The translations under genes and the position numbers were made by a program. This document shows positions 20,662 to 30,468 of a DNA stretch of 64,000 nt, piece by piece. The notes beneath the pieces were generated by a model. It saw only the letters and a program-made list of their open reading frames with translations. It was not told where the DNA came from and made no database searches. The DNA is taken from positions 64,001-128,000 of the forward strand of contig CBDANQ010000060.1 of NCBI GenBank assembly GCA_965197725.1, given 5' to 3'. The stretch's first letter is position 1. Each line of letters begins with the position of its first letter. Origin of the DNA: Longimicrobiales bacterium (GTDB taxonomy: Bacteria > Gemmatimonadota > Gemmatimonadetes > Longimicrobiales > Gaopeijiaceae).

Positions 20662-21444
20662 TCAGCAGAGCCTGAAGCGCCTCGGGGTTGGGTAACCGAC
20701 CCGTATGGAGAATCCGAATCCGGCGTCGTTCGCCTCGATGCCCGGGGGCGGCCGCGAGTCTCGACGCCAACTCCCAGAAACGACAAAATGGACCTGACCG
20801 GAAGCCGGAATCTCAACCTCCGTGTCGACGGACACGCGATAGTCGCCGAGGTCCAACATCACCGGCTGATAGAAACCCGTGGTCAAGAGCCGGACGGCAC
20901 CGGCTCCGCCGCATGCAGAAAGCAGATTCGCGCCCCTCAAGTCTGTCCGAGCCTCTCCAGACACCAAGAGCTCGTCTTCCAGCATGAGACCGACGCCGAC
21001 GTCCAGACCACCATCTTCCAGCCGCACGACTTGCCGACGAAGCCCGCCCCCGACCAGCAACCTGCGGTCGAGGTCGATCGACTGATCCGCCTGGATCTGA
21101 ACGAACGCGTAGGTTCGCATCGCGTCTGAGAATACATATGAGTGCCTGACGTGCGCCGACCGCTCATGCACGACGTTCTTTTCCTCTGAGCGCTTGATCC
21201 GATAAGAGGGATAGAACCGGAGCCAGTGGCCCGGTGCAGGCACGCGGTATGACAAGCCTCCGGTTAAACGTAAATCCAGATAATCCGCATTGCCGGCTCC
21301 ACCGTCCAACCAGAGCTCCGCCTGGATGAACAAACTATCCACAGCGTTGCGGTCAAGACCTTCGTGGCTGCGAATCACTTGGGCACGAACTGATGATGTG
21401 AAAACAAGCGAGAGCACCACGAGGCACAACGGGACTTTGCTCAT
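20662..21444 (-). CDS. DUF481-like outer-membrane beta-barrel protein
   Basis: Signal peptide MSKVPLCL...AQ, GGAGNADY, DRRLLVGGGLR and DSRPPPG. Confidence 0.65.
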   Translation of the reverse strand: MSKVPLCLVVLSLVFTSSVRAQVIRSHEGLDRNAVDSLFIQAELWLDGGAGNADYLDLRLTGGLSYRVPAPGHWLRFYPSYRIKRSEEKNVVHERSAHVRHSYVFSDAMRTYAFVQIQADQSIDLDRRLLVGGGLRRQVVRLEDGGLDVGVGLMLEDELLVSGEARTDLRGANLLSACGGAGAVRLLTTGFYQPVMLDLGDYRVSVDTEVEIPASGQVHFVVSGSWRRDSRPPPGIEANDAGFGFSIRVGYPTPRRFRLC

Positions 21445-21471
21445 AGGCCCTCCATCGGGGTGTTGATGAGG

Positions 21472-21665
21472 TTGGGTCAATAGGTGTGTAAACGTATCAG
21501 GCGGCATTCTTCCGCTGTTGGGTTGAGACGGGCTTTCCGTCTTCGAACTTTCTTCCTTCAAACACGTCCTTGAGGAGGTGAGGAGCGTCGAGCCTTCGGA
21601 ACCGCTTCTCGGCCACCAAGAGCAACTTCCAGATCAGCGCCGTAGCGCTCTCGACCCGCTCCGAC
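21472..21665 (-). mobile_element. Third IS256-type element, C-terminal transposase fragment and right end
   Basis: VESATALIWKLLLVAEKRFRRL...FEDG; stop followed by TTTACACACCTATTGAC. Confidence 0.7.
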
Positions 21666-22414
21666 GACCTCTCGTTCATCGGCCGGGTTCGCGAGACGTG
21701 GAGTGCGGGAGCCTAGCAAGGCGGAGCTAGAATCCCCATCGTCTCTTCTTTGGCAACTGTCCACGGCACGACCGAACGCTTACTGGCGCTTAGCGAGGTC
21801 AGCGAGGAATTCGTCCGCGAACCTCCACTCCGGTCCACTGGATTCCCGTTTCGAAAGAGGGGTGTAATGAGGGGATTATAGGAAGATATTCAGTCTTATA
21901 TCTATGATAATCAATAAGTTATGGCAACTATGGAACAGCTGATGCAGGCGTGGGCCGACTCCCTGGACCAGCTTCGGGTCGGGAAAGGAGTCGAGCCGGG
22001 GACTCTCGGATTGGGGATTGCTGGCATCCCGGGGATCCCGAACGCTAACTCAACGCTTGACATTTCGCGGTAGCTGGAGGCGCGCCAGCGAAGCGGCAAT
22101 CCGCCGCCCGCAGAGGCGCTCGATGGCCTTCCCGCGAGGGATTGCTGGAGGGGAGCGACCCCCGGCGGAGGGTGGCATGGGTGTGCACATGCCAACCCTC
22201 CGCGATGCCGAACGAGGCATCGAAACCGGGGGGTCGCTCCCCTCCACGTCCGTGCTGCCCAGTGCGGCACCGGCGACCGGGTGGCAGTGACCGCAACTCC
22301 AAGCGACCGCGCGGGATAGCCGAATCCGGCGTCTGCGCATCTTCACGGGTGCCATGCGTGCATCGACCCCCAACGTCTCATGCACGCTCCAGTACGGCAC
22401 AAGGCGTGGGCTTC

Positions 22415-23389
22415 TCATCGGAAGCGCGCCCCCACAAGCCGAACCGTCCGCCAGGTGTCGGTGCGTTGCATCAGCCCCCGCCCTGCCTGCCTGCGCGCCC
22501 GCTTCGTCAGCGCGACGCTGCGCTTCATCGCGGCCTGCAAGCCTCCGTACTCCATCAGGACCGGGACATCCCCCTTGATGATGGCCCGGTCGATCCGGTC
22601 GATCTCGCGGCCGATTTCGTGGTCGAATTCGGAGGGGTGGGGATCTCGCGCCCAGTTGGCGAGCACCGTCTCCGCCTGGCCCCGCTCGTCCGTTGTCCGG
22701 ACGACGACCACGACTTCGATCCCGCGGCCGCGATCCCAAAGCGCCTTCCAGAGTTCGCGGTGCGCCGCGCCCCAGGAGCGGAGTGCCGTCGCTGTCTCGT
22801 GGCCCGGATCGAGGTAGACGAAAACGGCGCGCCGGGCGTCCAGCGCGACCGGCAGCCGGAGCGGGAAGTAGCGCCGGAGGTTCCCGGCCGCTCCCCGGTA
22901 GACCCGTTGGGGCAGGAGCGGGCGCTCGATGCCGAGCGCCTCGAAGGCGGCCACCTTCTCCGGCTCGGTCGCGAGCCAAGGCAGGCGGGAATGATCAAGC
23001 ACATAGTCGAGCGAGAGCAGGCGCCGCATCAGCACTTCCGTGGAGGTGATCCGGCGGCGGCGGCGGTTCCCGGCGCCGAGCGCCCGGTAGATCCGGCGCG
23101 CGTGGATGCGGCACACTCGACCGATGCCGTCGATGCCGGGCGGATCCTCTTCGACGGCCACGCCCTGCGCGACGAGGGCGCGGACGGCGCGGCGCACCTT
23201 TTCGTGGTGGCAACCCAGAAAGCTCGTCCACTGAGCCCGAGTGAACACGCCGCCATGGAGACAGGCCAAGGCGATCCACTCGGCCTGACGGCCCGCCCAG
23301 CCAAATCCCTCGAGTGCCCGTTCGCGTCCCCGCAGGTGGACGATGGCTCCGCTCGCCGCCGAGTTGAACTGCTGCTTCAGCGTCTTCAT
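22415..23389 (-). CDS. Hypothetical HTH-containing protein of an integrative element (possible replication/relaxation protein)
   Basis: 324-aa ORF, IALACLHGGVFTRAQW...YFPLRLPVALD, located between an AT-rich boundary and mobC/integrase. Confidence 0.6.
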   Translation of the reverse strand: MKTLKQQFNSAASGAIVHLRGRERALEGFGWAGRQAEWIALACLHGGVFTRAQWTSFLGCHHEKVRRAVRALVAQGVAVEEDPPGIDGIGRVCRIHARRIYRALGAGNRRRRRITSTEVLMRRLLSLDYVLDHSRLPWLATEPEKVAAFEALGIERPLLPQRVYRGAAGNLRRYFPLRLPVALDARRAVFVYLDPGHETATALRSWGAAHRELWKALWDRGRGIEVVVVVRTTDERGQAETVLANWARDPHPSEFDHEIGREIDRIDRAIIKGDVPVLMEYGGLQAAMKRSVALTKRARRQAGRGLMQRTDTWRTVRLVGARFR

Positions 23390-23829
23390 GCCCCTAACGG
23401 TGAGGAGCCGTTTGCAAGGAAGTCAACCCGTAGGAAACCTCCGAAATGCCTGTGGCGTTCAGAGACGTTCAGTACGGTACAGGGGCTGTTGGACACCGCC
23501 GCCAGCGGCTTGCCAAACGCCCCGTCGCCCTTCGCTGAAGGCTCCGTCAATGGGTGCGGATCTCGACCGGACGTCGGCCTGCGCACGAACGATGCTGGGA
23601 ATCTTCGAACCGGAGTGCCGTGTTCCGGGTCTGCGGCAGTCCGCAGCCGCGTTACTGCGGCAGATAGCTTGGGCGGGCCTATCTGGACGGGTCACAGCCG
23701 AAGCCCTCCCCCGCTGCTTCGGCGGCGTCCGCCGGGCTGGCGAGGGACTCCGCCCCTTCGATCCCCCCTTGAGGCCCGCACTCGGGCGGAGGTCACGGGC
23801 GGCTGGCTCGCCCGTTCTTGTGTCCTGGC

Positions 23830-23925
23830 GGCGCGCCAAGGCCGCGGCAGCCGAGGTCGAGCACGAGCGCACCCGGCAGGTCGCGCGCATCGGCAACAAC
23901 CTCAACCAGATCGCCCGCTGGGCCA
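23830..23925 (+). pseudogene. MobC relaxosome protein fragment
   Basis: RQVARIGNNLNQIARWA signature. Confidence 0.7.
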
Positions 23926-24031
23926 GCTGGTGCTCGATGAAGTCGGGCCGGAAGCCCAGCACCTCGTCCAGAATGGTGCGCGCCATCGCTCGGAAGCCAT
24001 GCGGCGTCATCCGTTCCGGAGGGATGTCCAA
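23919..24031 (-). pseudogene. P4-type integrase C-terminal fragment
   Basis: MTPHGFRAMARTILDE...IEHQLA (HxxR box). Confidence 0.75.
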
Positions 24032-24269
24032 GGCCCGGAACGTACTGTCCTCTCAGACTTGTCGCCTGATTATAGGAGATTCGGGCGAGCTTGTCTCGAT
24101 GGGCCAAGCAAGCGGCCTTCCAGCAGGATCATTGGACCGGGCGCGGACCCGCTCATCAGCTTCAATCTTGCTCGGCGATACCGGCAACTCGACCGACGGC
24201 CGTTCGGGGTCGGAGTCCCATGAACACGTCGTCTACGTTGAGCGCCACCCTGGTCCATCCTTCCGCGTA

Positions 24270-25424
24270 CTATGCGACATAGTCGCTCCATGCCTGCATG
24301 ACTTCGCACCGGCGCGCCAGCAGGTCCGATCTCATGTACGCGCCCTCGGTGCCGCGCACGACGTGAGCCAACACGGCTTCCGCCGTCTCGCGGTCCACGC
24401 CGGTTTCGGCCATCCAGACACGAATCGACGTTCGGAAACCGTGCAGCGTCGTCCCGGTGACACCGGCCAGCTGGAGCACCCGGTAAGTGGATTTCGAGGA
24501 CAGCGCGCGGCCGGCCCGCGTCGGGAAGACGAACGGCGAATCGTCGGCAAGCTCGCTGGCGCGCAGCAGCACGTCGAGCGCGCCGCTGGACAGCGGCACG
24601 CGATGCTCCCGGCCGGCTTTCATTCTCGCCGGCGGGATCGTCCAAACCTTCGCCGCCGTGTCGATTTCGTCCCACGTCGCGGCGCGCGCTTCGCCGGAGC
24701 GCGCCGCCGTCAAGACGATCAGCTCGACGGCGAGCCGCGCGGATTCCGGAGTGTTGGCCGACCGAATGCGCCGGAGCGCGTCCGGAACCTCGCCGTGCGG
24801 GAGCGCGCGATGGTGCGTCGTGCCGTTGCCGTTGACCTTCGGGAGCGCGGCCACTGCGCGGTCCACGGGATTCGTCGAGATGTAGCCTTGTCCGACGCAC
24901 CAGCGAAATGCCGCGCGGAGCCGGTTCCGGGCTTTCCGCGCGGCGGCTGGCTTCACGTTCCATACCGGCCGGAGACACGCCAGCACGTCGCCCGACGTGA
25001 TCCGGTCCACCGGCTTGTCCCGGATCGGCGTGGCGTACAGCCTGAACGTCGAGTGCCATTCCCCGGGGAGCGGCGAGCCGGCTTTCCACGATTCGGCGTG
25101 TAGCCGGATCGTCTCTTCGGCGGCTTCGCGAAACGTTGGGACGCGGCCGCCGCGCGGGTCCACACCCTGGCCGATGGCCCGCACGTTCTCAATGGCCTTG
25201 TGCCGGGCTTCCGCCAACGAGACTTCGGGATACCGGCCGAGCCCGGTCGTCGTCAGCCGCCCCGCGACGCGCAACCGTTGCCTCCATGTGCGCGAGAGCC
25301 GGCCGCTCTTCATCCGGTGAACGCGCAAGCTCAGGCCGCGCGAGCCGCGTCCGTCGCCGTAAACGCCGGGCTTGCTCACCGTCCGAACGAAGGCGGCAGT
25401 AAGGGTTGCCGGTCGCCGTGCCAT
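24270..25424 (-). CDS. P4-like tyrosine integrase with arm-binding N-domain
   Basis: GLSLRV, GLGRYPEVSLAEAR, LTAARSGE, MKAGREH, HGFRTS, LAH and AY motifs; 384 aa intact. Confidence 0.93.
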   Translation of the reverse strand: MARRPATLTAAFVRTVSKPGVYGDGRGSRGLSLRVHRMKSGRLSRTWRQRLRVAGRLTTTGLGRYPEVSLAEARHKAIENVRAIGQGVDPRGGRVPTFREAAEETIRLHAESWKAGSPLPGEWHSTFRLYATPIRDKPVDRITSGDVLACLRPVWNVKPAAARKARNRLRAAFRWCVGQGYISTNPVDRAVAALPKVNGNGTTHHRALPHGEVPDALRRIRSANTPESARLAVELIVLTAARSGEARAATWDEIDTAAKVWTIPPARMKAGREHRVPLSSGALDVLLRASELADDSPFVFPTRAGRALSSKSTYRVLQLAGVTGTTLHGFRTSIRVWMAETGVDRETAEAVLAHVVRGTEGAYMRSDLLARRCEVMQAWSDYVA

Positions 25425-25603
25425 CGTATTCTCCCGTGCTGTGGATCAGTTTATAGTACACTAATCAAGAGCGAATACAATAGGTGTCCCGGCACGGCAA
25501 TAGACGAATCGACTCAGCCGACGTAACGCAAAACGCTGTGATGTCATATGTTATGAGGTCACTACGGGTCGTTACGGGCCATCTTGGAACGTCATCGGCA
25601 AAG

Positions 25604-25903
25604 TTCTTCCTGAACATGGTCGAGTTCGACATGAACGTGCAGCAGGCCGTCGAGGCCGCGAACATGAATTCGTCGCAGATGCGTGGGTCGTTCGGAGAGC
25701 ACGCTTCCAGCCCGGGCCGGCTCTTGTTGCAGTCCGCTACACCCCCGGGGATCCGGTCGGAGCTCGAAGCGATGGGCTACACGCTCGTCTTTTCCGAACG
25801 AACGTCCGGGCCCATCAACGCGATCTTCTTCGACTGGGAGAACGGATCGATGTGGGGCGGATCGAGCCACCATGGGGACGACTACGGTGTGGTGTGGCAA
25901 TAG
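25604..25903 (+). pseudogene. Gamma-glutamyltransferase-family C-terminal fragment
   Basis: FFLNMVEFDMNVQQAVEA...LEAMGY...SGPINAI; 5' part missing next to the integrase. Confidence 0.7.
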
Positions 25904-25938
25904 GGCGAAGGCACCGGGGGAGCAGGGCATCTAAGGTA

Positions 25939-26742
25939 ATGTTGCTGATCCGTACTCTCGCCGTGGGCGTAGCCGCCCTAACGTTCGCCGCTACCGCGTG
26001 GGCCGTCTCGATTCGGGGCGGCCACGCCCGCCCCCCGTTGTCCGCGCCCGCATCTGATCCCGCTGCACGGGGGTGCTGCGCCTACTATCCCTACGGGGGG
26101 GAGCTGACTTTCGTGCGGATCCAAACCAACTCCCGCTGGGGCGGATTCGGCCGATTCGGCGGCTGGTCACACGACTATCCGGCTGCCGACATCAACATGT
26201 CGGCGATTCTGCGGGAGCTGACACTGATTCGCACGCGAGAGTTGGCGATGGGTGGCAACGTGCTCACGTTCGACGACCCGCGACTGATGCAGTTCCCCGT
26301 CGCGTACGTGTCCGAGCCGGACGAGTGGCAAGTGACCCAGAGTGAAGCCGAGGGGTTGCGCACGTACCTCCTCAAGGGCGGCATGGTCATGTTCGACGAC
26401 TTCTTCGACTACGAGATGGCCAACCTCGTTGCGCAGATGAGCCGGGTGTTTCCCGAGCTGCACTTCCTCCCGCTCGACGGTACCGAGCCGATCTGGGACT
26501 CCTTCTACAGGCTCGAGCCGTTGACGATGTACCTGGAGGGCCCACGCAAGCACGGCATCCCCCAGTTTTGGGGGCTCTATGAGGACAACGACAAGAGCAA
26601 CCGGTTGCTCACAATCGCCAATGCGGGGGCGGACATCGGTGATCTGTGGGAGTGGGCCGCCGAGGGGTGGTATCCGGTCGACCCGACCAGCGTAGCGTTC
26701 AGGATTGGCGTGAACTACTTCATCTACGGGGTGACTCACTAG
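25939..26742 (+). CDS. DUF4159-family protein
   Basis: WSHDYPAAD, LRTYLLKGG..FDDF, DIGDLWEW and FRIGVNYFIY. Confidence 0.8.
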   Translation: MLLIRTLAVGVAALTFAATAWAVSIRGGHARPPLSAPASDPAARGCCAYYPYGGELTFVRIQTNSRWGGFGRFGGWSHDYPAADINMSAILRELTLIRTRELAMGGNVLTFDDPRLMQFPVAYVSEPDEWQVTQSEAEGLRTYLLKGGMVMFDDFFDYEMANLVAQMSRVFPELHFLPLDGTEPIWDSFYRLEPLTMYLEGPRKHGIPQFWGLYEDNDKSNRLLTIANAGADIGDLWEWAAEGWYPVDPTSVAFRIGVNYFIYGVTH

Positions 26743-26764
26743 AGGGGAGGCGGCGACGAACGCC

Positions 26765-27235
26765 ATGCTCGACCGTCCGTATGTCCTTGCTTTCGTCGCT
26801 TTGCTCCTACTTTCGGTATCGGCGGTGGCGCCTGCGAGAGTCGCTGCCCAGGCACCCGAGTACGACGTCATCCTGCGTGGCGGGCCGGTGTTCGACGGGA
26901 CGGGCAACCCCTGGGTACGAGCCGACGTCGCCGTCAGCGACGGCCGCATCGCAGCGGTAGGACCTCTCGGCGAGGCCGCCGCTCGGCGGGAGATCGATGT
27001 CGACGGCTTGTTCGTCATGCCGGGCATCATCGACATACACTCGCACGCCAACGCTGGCTTCGACGACGAGGATCCCCGCGCCCGAGCCACGATCAACAAC
27101 CTGCTCGCCGTCGGGGACACGTATCGCGGCCTGAACCAGTTGAACATCGGCCTGCAACTCGAGCCGGATGAGCGACCCTGGTGCGGCTGCGCGGGCAAGG
27201 TGACTGAGGAACCCCAACAGCTCCGGCGGGGTTAG
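26765..27235 (+). pseudogene. N-acyl-D-amino-acid deacylase/amidohydrolase, truncated after about 27103
   Basis: DGTGNP, ADVAVSDGRI and MPGIIDIHSH, followed by unrelated sequence. Confidence 0.8.
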
Positions 27236-27242
27236 CCGGGAC

Positions 27243-27653
27243 ATGAGCTACTCTCGGGCCCGCGTTCGCCGCGTAGTGGCCTTGCCTCAGGTCACGGCGC
27301 TGCTCCTGTCCCTCGGGTGGGGGTTTGAGGTCTCGGTGTGTCCGCCGGGAATGGACATGGGTATGGAGATGCCCATGCCCATGGACGCTGCGTCCAGAAC
27401 GGCGCTGGAGCAGGGTCCGGGAGAGGACCAAGGAATGGATTGCCCATTCAGCGGTTCGCTCGACGGCGAGGGGCGTGCGAGCTGTCCGCTCGCGGTCGGT
27501 GGTATCGGACCCTGCGGCACGAGCGCACCGGTCCCGAGTGCGCTGGTGACTGCCGGTCGCCCGCTCCCGCTTAGCGTGTTCACATACGTGTCCGCCACTT
27601 CCGGACACGCGGATTTCTCCGAAGCGATTCAGCTCCCCCCTCCCCGCGCCTGA
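27243..27653 (+). CDS. Met/Cys-rich exported small protein ending PPPRA, upstream of cusCBA
   Basis: Hydrophobic N-terminus, CPPGMDMGMEMPMPM, three further Cys and a Pro-rich C-terminus. Confidence 0.7.
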   Translation: MSYSRARVRRVVALPQVTALLLSLGWGFEVSVCPPGMDMGMEMPMPMDAASRTALEQGPGEDQGMDCPFSGSLDGEGRASCPLAVGGIGPCGTSAPVPSALVTAGRPLPLSVFTYVSATSGHADFSEAIQLPPPRA

Positions 27654-27847
27654 CGCGCCGTTGAGCCCCCGTTCGGGGTGCTCGACCCCCTAGTAGAACA
27701 AGCGCAGCGCTTACTCGGCGGCGCGGGCATACGACGTGTGCCCGAGCACCTGTTTGAGCAGCCGAAAACCACAGACACGATCACATGTCGACTCCACGGA
27801 GCGTCGGGAACTCCCGTCGTCCGGGGGCCGAGAGGCAGAGAGCATCC

Positions 27848-29161
27848 ATGAACACGCTTGGAATCCTCGCGTCCTTCGCCGTTGTCACGATAGGCGCACC
27901 GCAAGACCGGGGTCCAGATCCCTTGGACTCGTTGGTTCAGAGGGCCCTCCGGCAGAACCCCAGCATCGTCGCCGCCCAGGAACGCGTCCACGCCGCCGAA
28001 GCACGCGTGGCTCCCTCAGGCGCGCGACCGGACCCCGTCCTTTCGCTCACGATCCGGAACTTTCCGGTGTCCGATCCTGGCTTTCAGGACTTCATGACCA
28101 TGAAAACGGTCGGGCTCTCCCAGCGGTTTCCCTACCCGGGAAAGCTCTCGCTCGCGCGCGAGAGTGCTCGAAGCGAGGTGGCGGCGGCCGATGCAGCCCT
28201 GGACGATCTCCGCCTGGACGTCGTAAGCGAGGTGCGACAGGCGTACTACGAGCTGGCTTTCATCGATCGTGCGATGGAGGTGGTCGCTCGCCACAGCGAA
28301 GTGCTCTCAGCCCTCGTGTCGACCGCGGACGTCCGGTACGCCGTGGGGACCGCTGGCCAGGAGGATGTGCTCCAGGCCCAGGTGGAGACCGCGGCCCTCG
28401 CGGACGAGGCAGCGCGATTGGCGGAGGCCAGGCGGGGAGCGCTGGCCGCGCTCAATCGCAGGGTCGACCGACCACCCCTCACGCCGATCGATCGCGCGTT
28501 CATTCCCCAACAGATGGCTTCGGCGGCGGCGCGTGCTTCTCCCCGCGTCGGCTTCGTGTCGCTCGATCTAGGGGCGCGAGTGGTGGACTCTCCAGTACGT
28601 CCCCTGGAGGAGTTGCTGGACGTCGTAGTAGAGAACAACCCCGCGATCCACTTGCACATCGCAAGGATCGAGGCTCAGCGGGCGCAGCTCGACCTGGCGC
28701 GTAAGGCACACCTCCCCGACTTCGACGTAGCCCTGAGCTACGGGCAGCGGGCCGACCGGACCGACATGGTGACCCTCAGCGTTGCCTTGCCGTTGCCTGT
28801 GAACCGAGGTAATCGGCAAGGCGCGTGGAGCGCCGAGGCGCAGGCGGAGTTAGCCGCCCTCGAGGCCGAGCACCGGGATCACGTGAACACTTTGCGCTCG
28901 AGGGTGGCCGCAACACATGCCAACCTGGAGAAAGATCGGACGAGTCTGGCTCTTCTTACCGCTGGCATGCTTCCCCAGGGATCGGCGGCGCTCCAGGCCG
29001 CGACGGCGGGGTTCGGTGTCGGCCGCACCGACTTCCAGGCCGTGCTGGCCACCCAAGCCACCCTATTCCAATACGAAATCAGCTTCCTGCGTGCGCTCAC
29101 AGACTTCGCGAAGAACGTCGCGGAGCTCGAGAGGCTCGCGGGAGAGGGAGTCCTACGATGA
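27848..29161 (+). CDS. cusC: TolC/CusC-family outer-membrane efflux protein
   Basis: ALRQNP, LSQRFPYPGKL and LPDFDV; first gene of the RND operon. Confidence 0.88.
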   Translation: MNTLGILASFAVVTIGAPQDRGPDPLDSLVQRALRQNPSIVAAQERVHAAEARVAPSGARPDPVLSLTIRNFPVSDPGFQDFMTMKTVGLSQRFPYPGKLSLARESARSEVAAADAALDDLRLDVVSEVRQAYYELAFIDRAMEVVARHSEVLSALVSTADVRYAVGTAGQEDVLQAQVETAALADEAARLAEARRGALAALNRRVDRPPLTPIDRAFIPQQMASAAARASPRVGFVSLDLGARVVDSPVRPLEELLDVVVENNPAIHLHIARIEAQRAQLDLARKAHLPDFDVALSYGQRADRTDMVTLSVALPLPVNRGNRQGAWSAEAQAELAALEAEHRDHVNTLRSRVAATHANLEKDRTSLALLTAGMLPQGSAALQAATAGFGVGRTDFQAVLATQATLFQYEISFLRALTDFAKNVAELERLAGEGVLR

Positions 29162-30462
29162 GCACGACGAGCTCGATCACTGGCGTTCGTGTCCGGTGGC
29201 TGGTTACTGGCGCTCTGATGGGGGCCATCAGCCTTGCCGCGGTGTTGTCGTTTCGGGGCGCGCTGACGGACGCTTCAGGGGAGTCGACCATGAGCGAGTC
29301 CGCGTCGATGGAGATGAGCGCCATGGACATGGCCCAGTCCGTCGTACGCGTCACACCGGCCCAAATCCGTCAATTCGGGATCACCTTTGCCTCGGTGGAG
29401 GAGCGTTCCCTGGCGGCCCGGGTCCGAACCGTGGGCGTGGTCGAGGCCGATGAGACGCGCCTGGCCGAGGTTACCACGAAGTTCTCTGGATACGTGGAGC
29501 ACCTCTACGCTGACTTCGCCGGGAAGTTCGGCGAGGAGGGCTCCGCCCTACTCGACGTATACGCGCCCGAGCTGGTCGCCGCGCAGGAGGAGGTCCTCGT
29601 GGCCCGTGACCTTCAGGCCACCATAGGCGCGGTGGCGATTCCCGGAGTGACGGCTGTGCCCATAGATCTGGAAGCAACCGCTCGGCGGCGCCTCAGCTTG
29701 TGGGATATCACGGACGACCAGATCATCGCGCTGTTGGCGGAAGGGCAACCCCGTAGAACGCTGAGTCTGACTGCACCGATATCTGGGGTCGTCCTCGAGA
29801 AGAGCGTCGTCGTCGGCAGCGCGTTCCAGGCCGGGCAGACACTCTTCCGTCTCGCCGATCTGTCGAGCGTGTGGATCGACGTGGAGATCCGTGAGAGCGA
29901 CGCGGCTATCGTCGCGCGCGGGTCAGCGGCTGTCGCGTCATTGACGGCCTATCCCGGGGAGGAGTTCTCCGGTGTGGTTGACTTCGTCTACCCTACGGTA
30001 GACGAGCGTACGCGTTCCGTCCGGGCGCGTGTGGTACTCCCGAATCCGGCGGGACGCTTACGCCCCGGAATGTTCGCGACTGTCCGCGTCACCACGCCCA
30101 GGCGGAGCGCGCTGTCGATACCTACGGATGCCATAGTGTGGACGGGCGAGCGGACCCTCCTCTTCGTCGAAGAGGAAGGTGGAGGGTTCCGACCGGTCGA
30201 TGTCGAAGTGGGAGCGACGATCGGGGACTACGTCGTGGTGTTATCCGGCGTGGCGCCCGGACAACGAGTGGTCACGTCGGCCCAGTACCTGATCGATGCC
30301 GAGGCCAATATCGGGGCGATCATGCGCAGCATGATGAGCATGTTGGGTGCGGGCGACATGGCCGGCATGGACATGAGCGACTCGGACTCGGAAGCCCCGA
30401 TGGAGGGCATGGACATGCCTGGCGATTCCGGCTCCGCTCCCCCGACCCCCCCGGGGAGGTGA
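29158..30462 (+). CDS. cusB: CusB-like RND membrane-fusion protein
   Basis: YAPELVAAQEE, APISGVV, LRPGMF and YLIDAE; Met-rich termini. Confidence 0.9.
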   Translation: MSTTSSITGVRVRWLVTGALMGAISLAAVLSFRGALTDASGESTMSESASMEMSAMDMAQSVVRVTPAQIRQFGITFASVEERSLAARVRTVGVVEADETRLAEVTTKFSGYVEHLYADFAGKFGEEGSALLDVYAPELVAAQEEVLVARDLQATIGAVAIPGVTAVPIDLEATARRRLSLWDITDDQIIALLAEGQPRRTLSLTAPISGVVLEKSVVVGSAFQAGQTLFRLADLSSVWIDVEIRESDAAIVARGSAAVASLTAYPGEEFSGVVDFVYPTVDERTRSVRARVVLPNPAGRLRPGMFATVRVTTPRRSALSIPTDAIVWTGERTLLFVEEEGGGFRPVDVEVGATIGDYVVVLSGVAPGQRVVTSAQYLIDAEANIGAIMRSMMSMLGAGDMAGMDMSDSDSEAPMEGMDMPGDSGSAPPTPPGR

Positions 30463-30468
30463 TCGGCT

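Noticed and set aside
22142..25103. Long + strand ORFs of 693 and 586 aa
   Set aside because: Antisense shadows of the integrase and HTH genes in high-GC DNA; only the short mobC motif looks real
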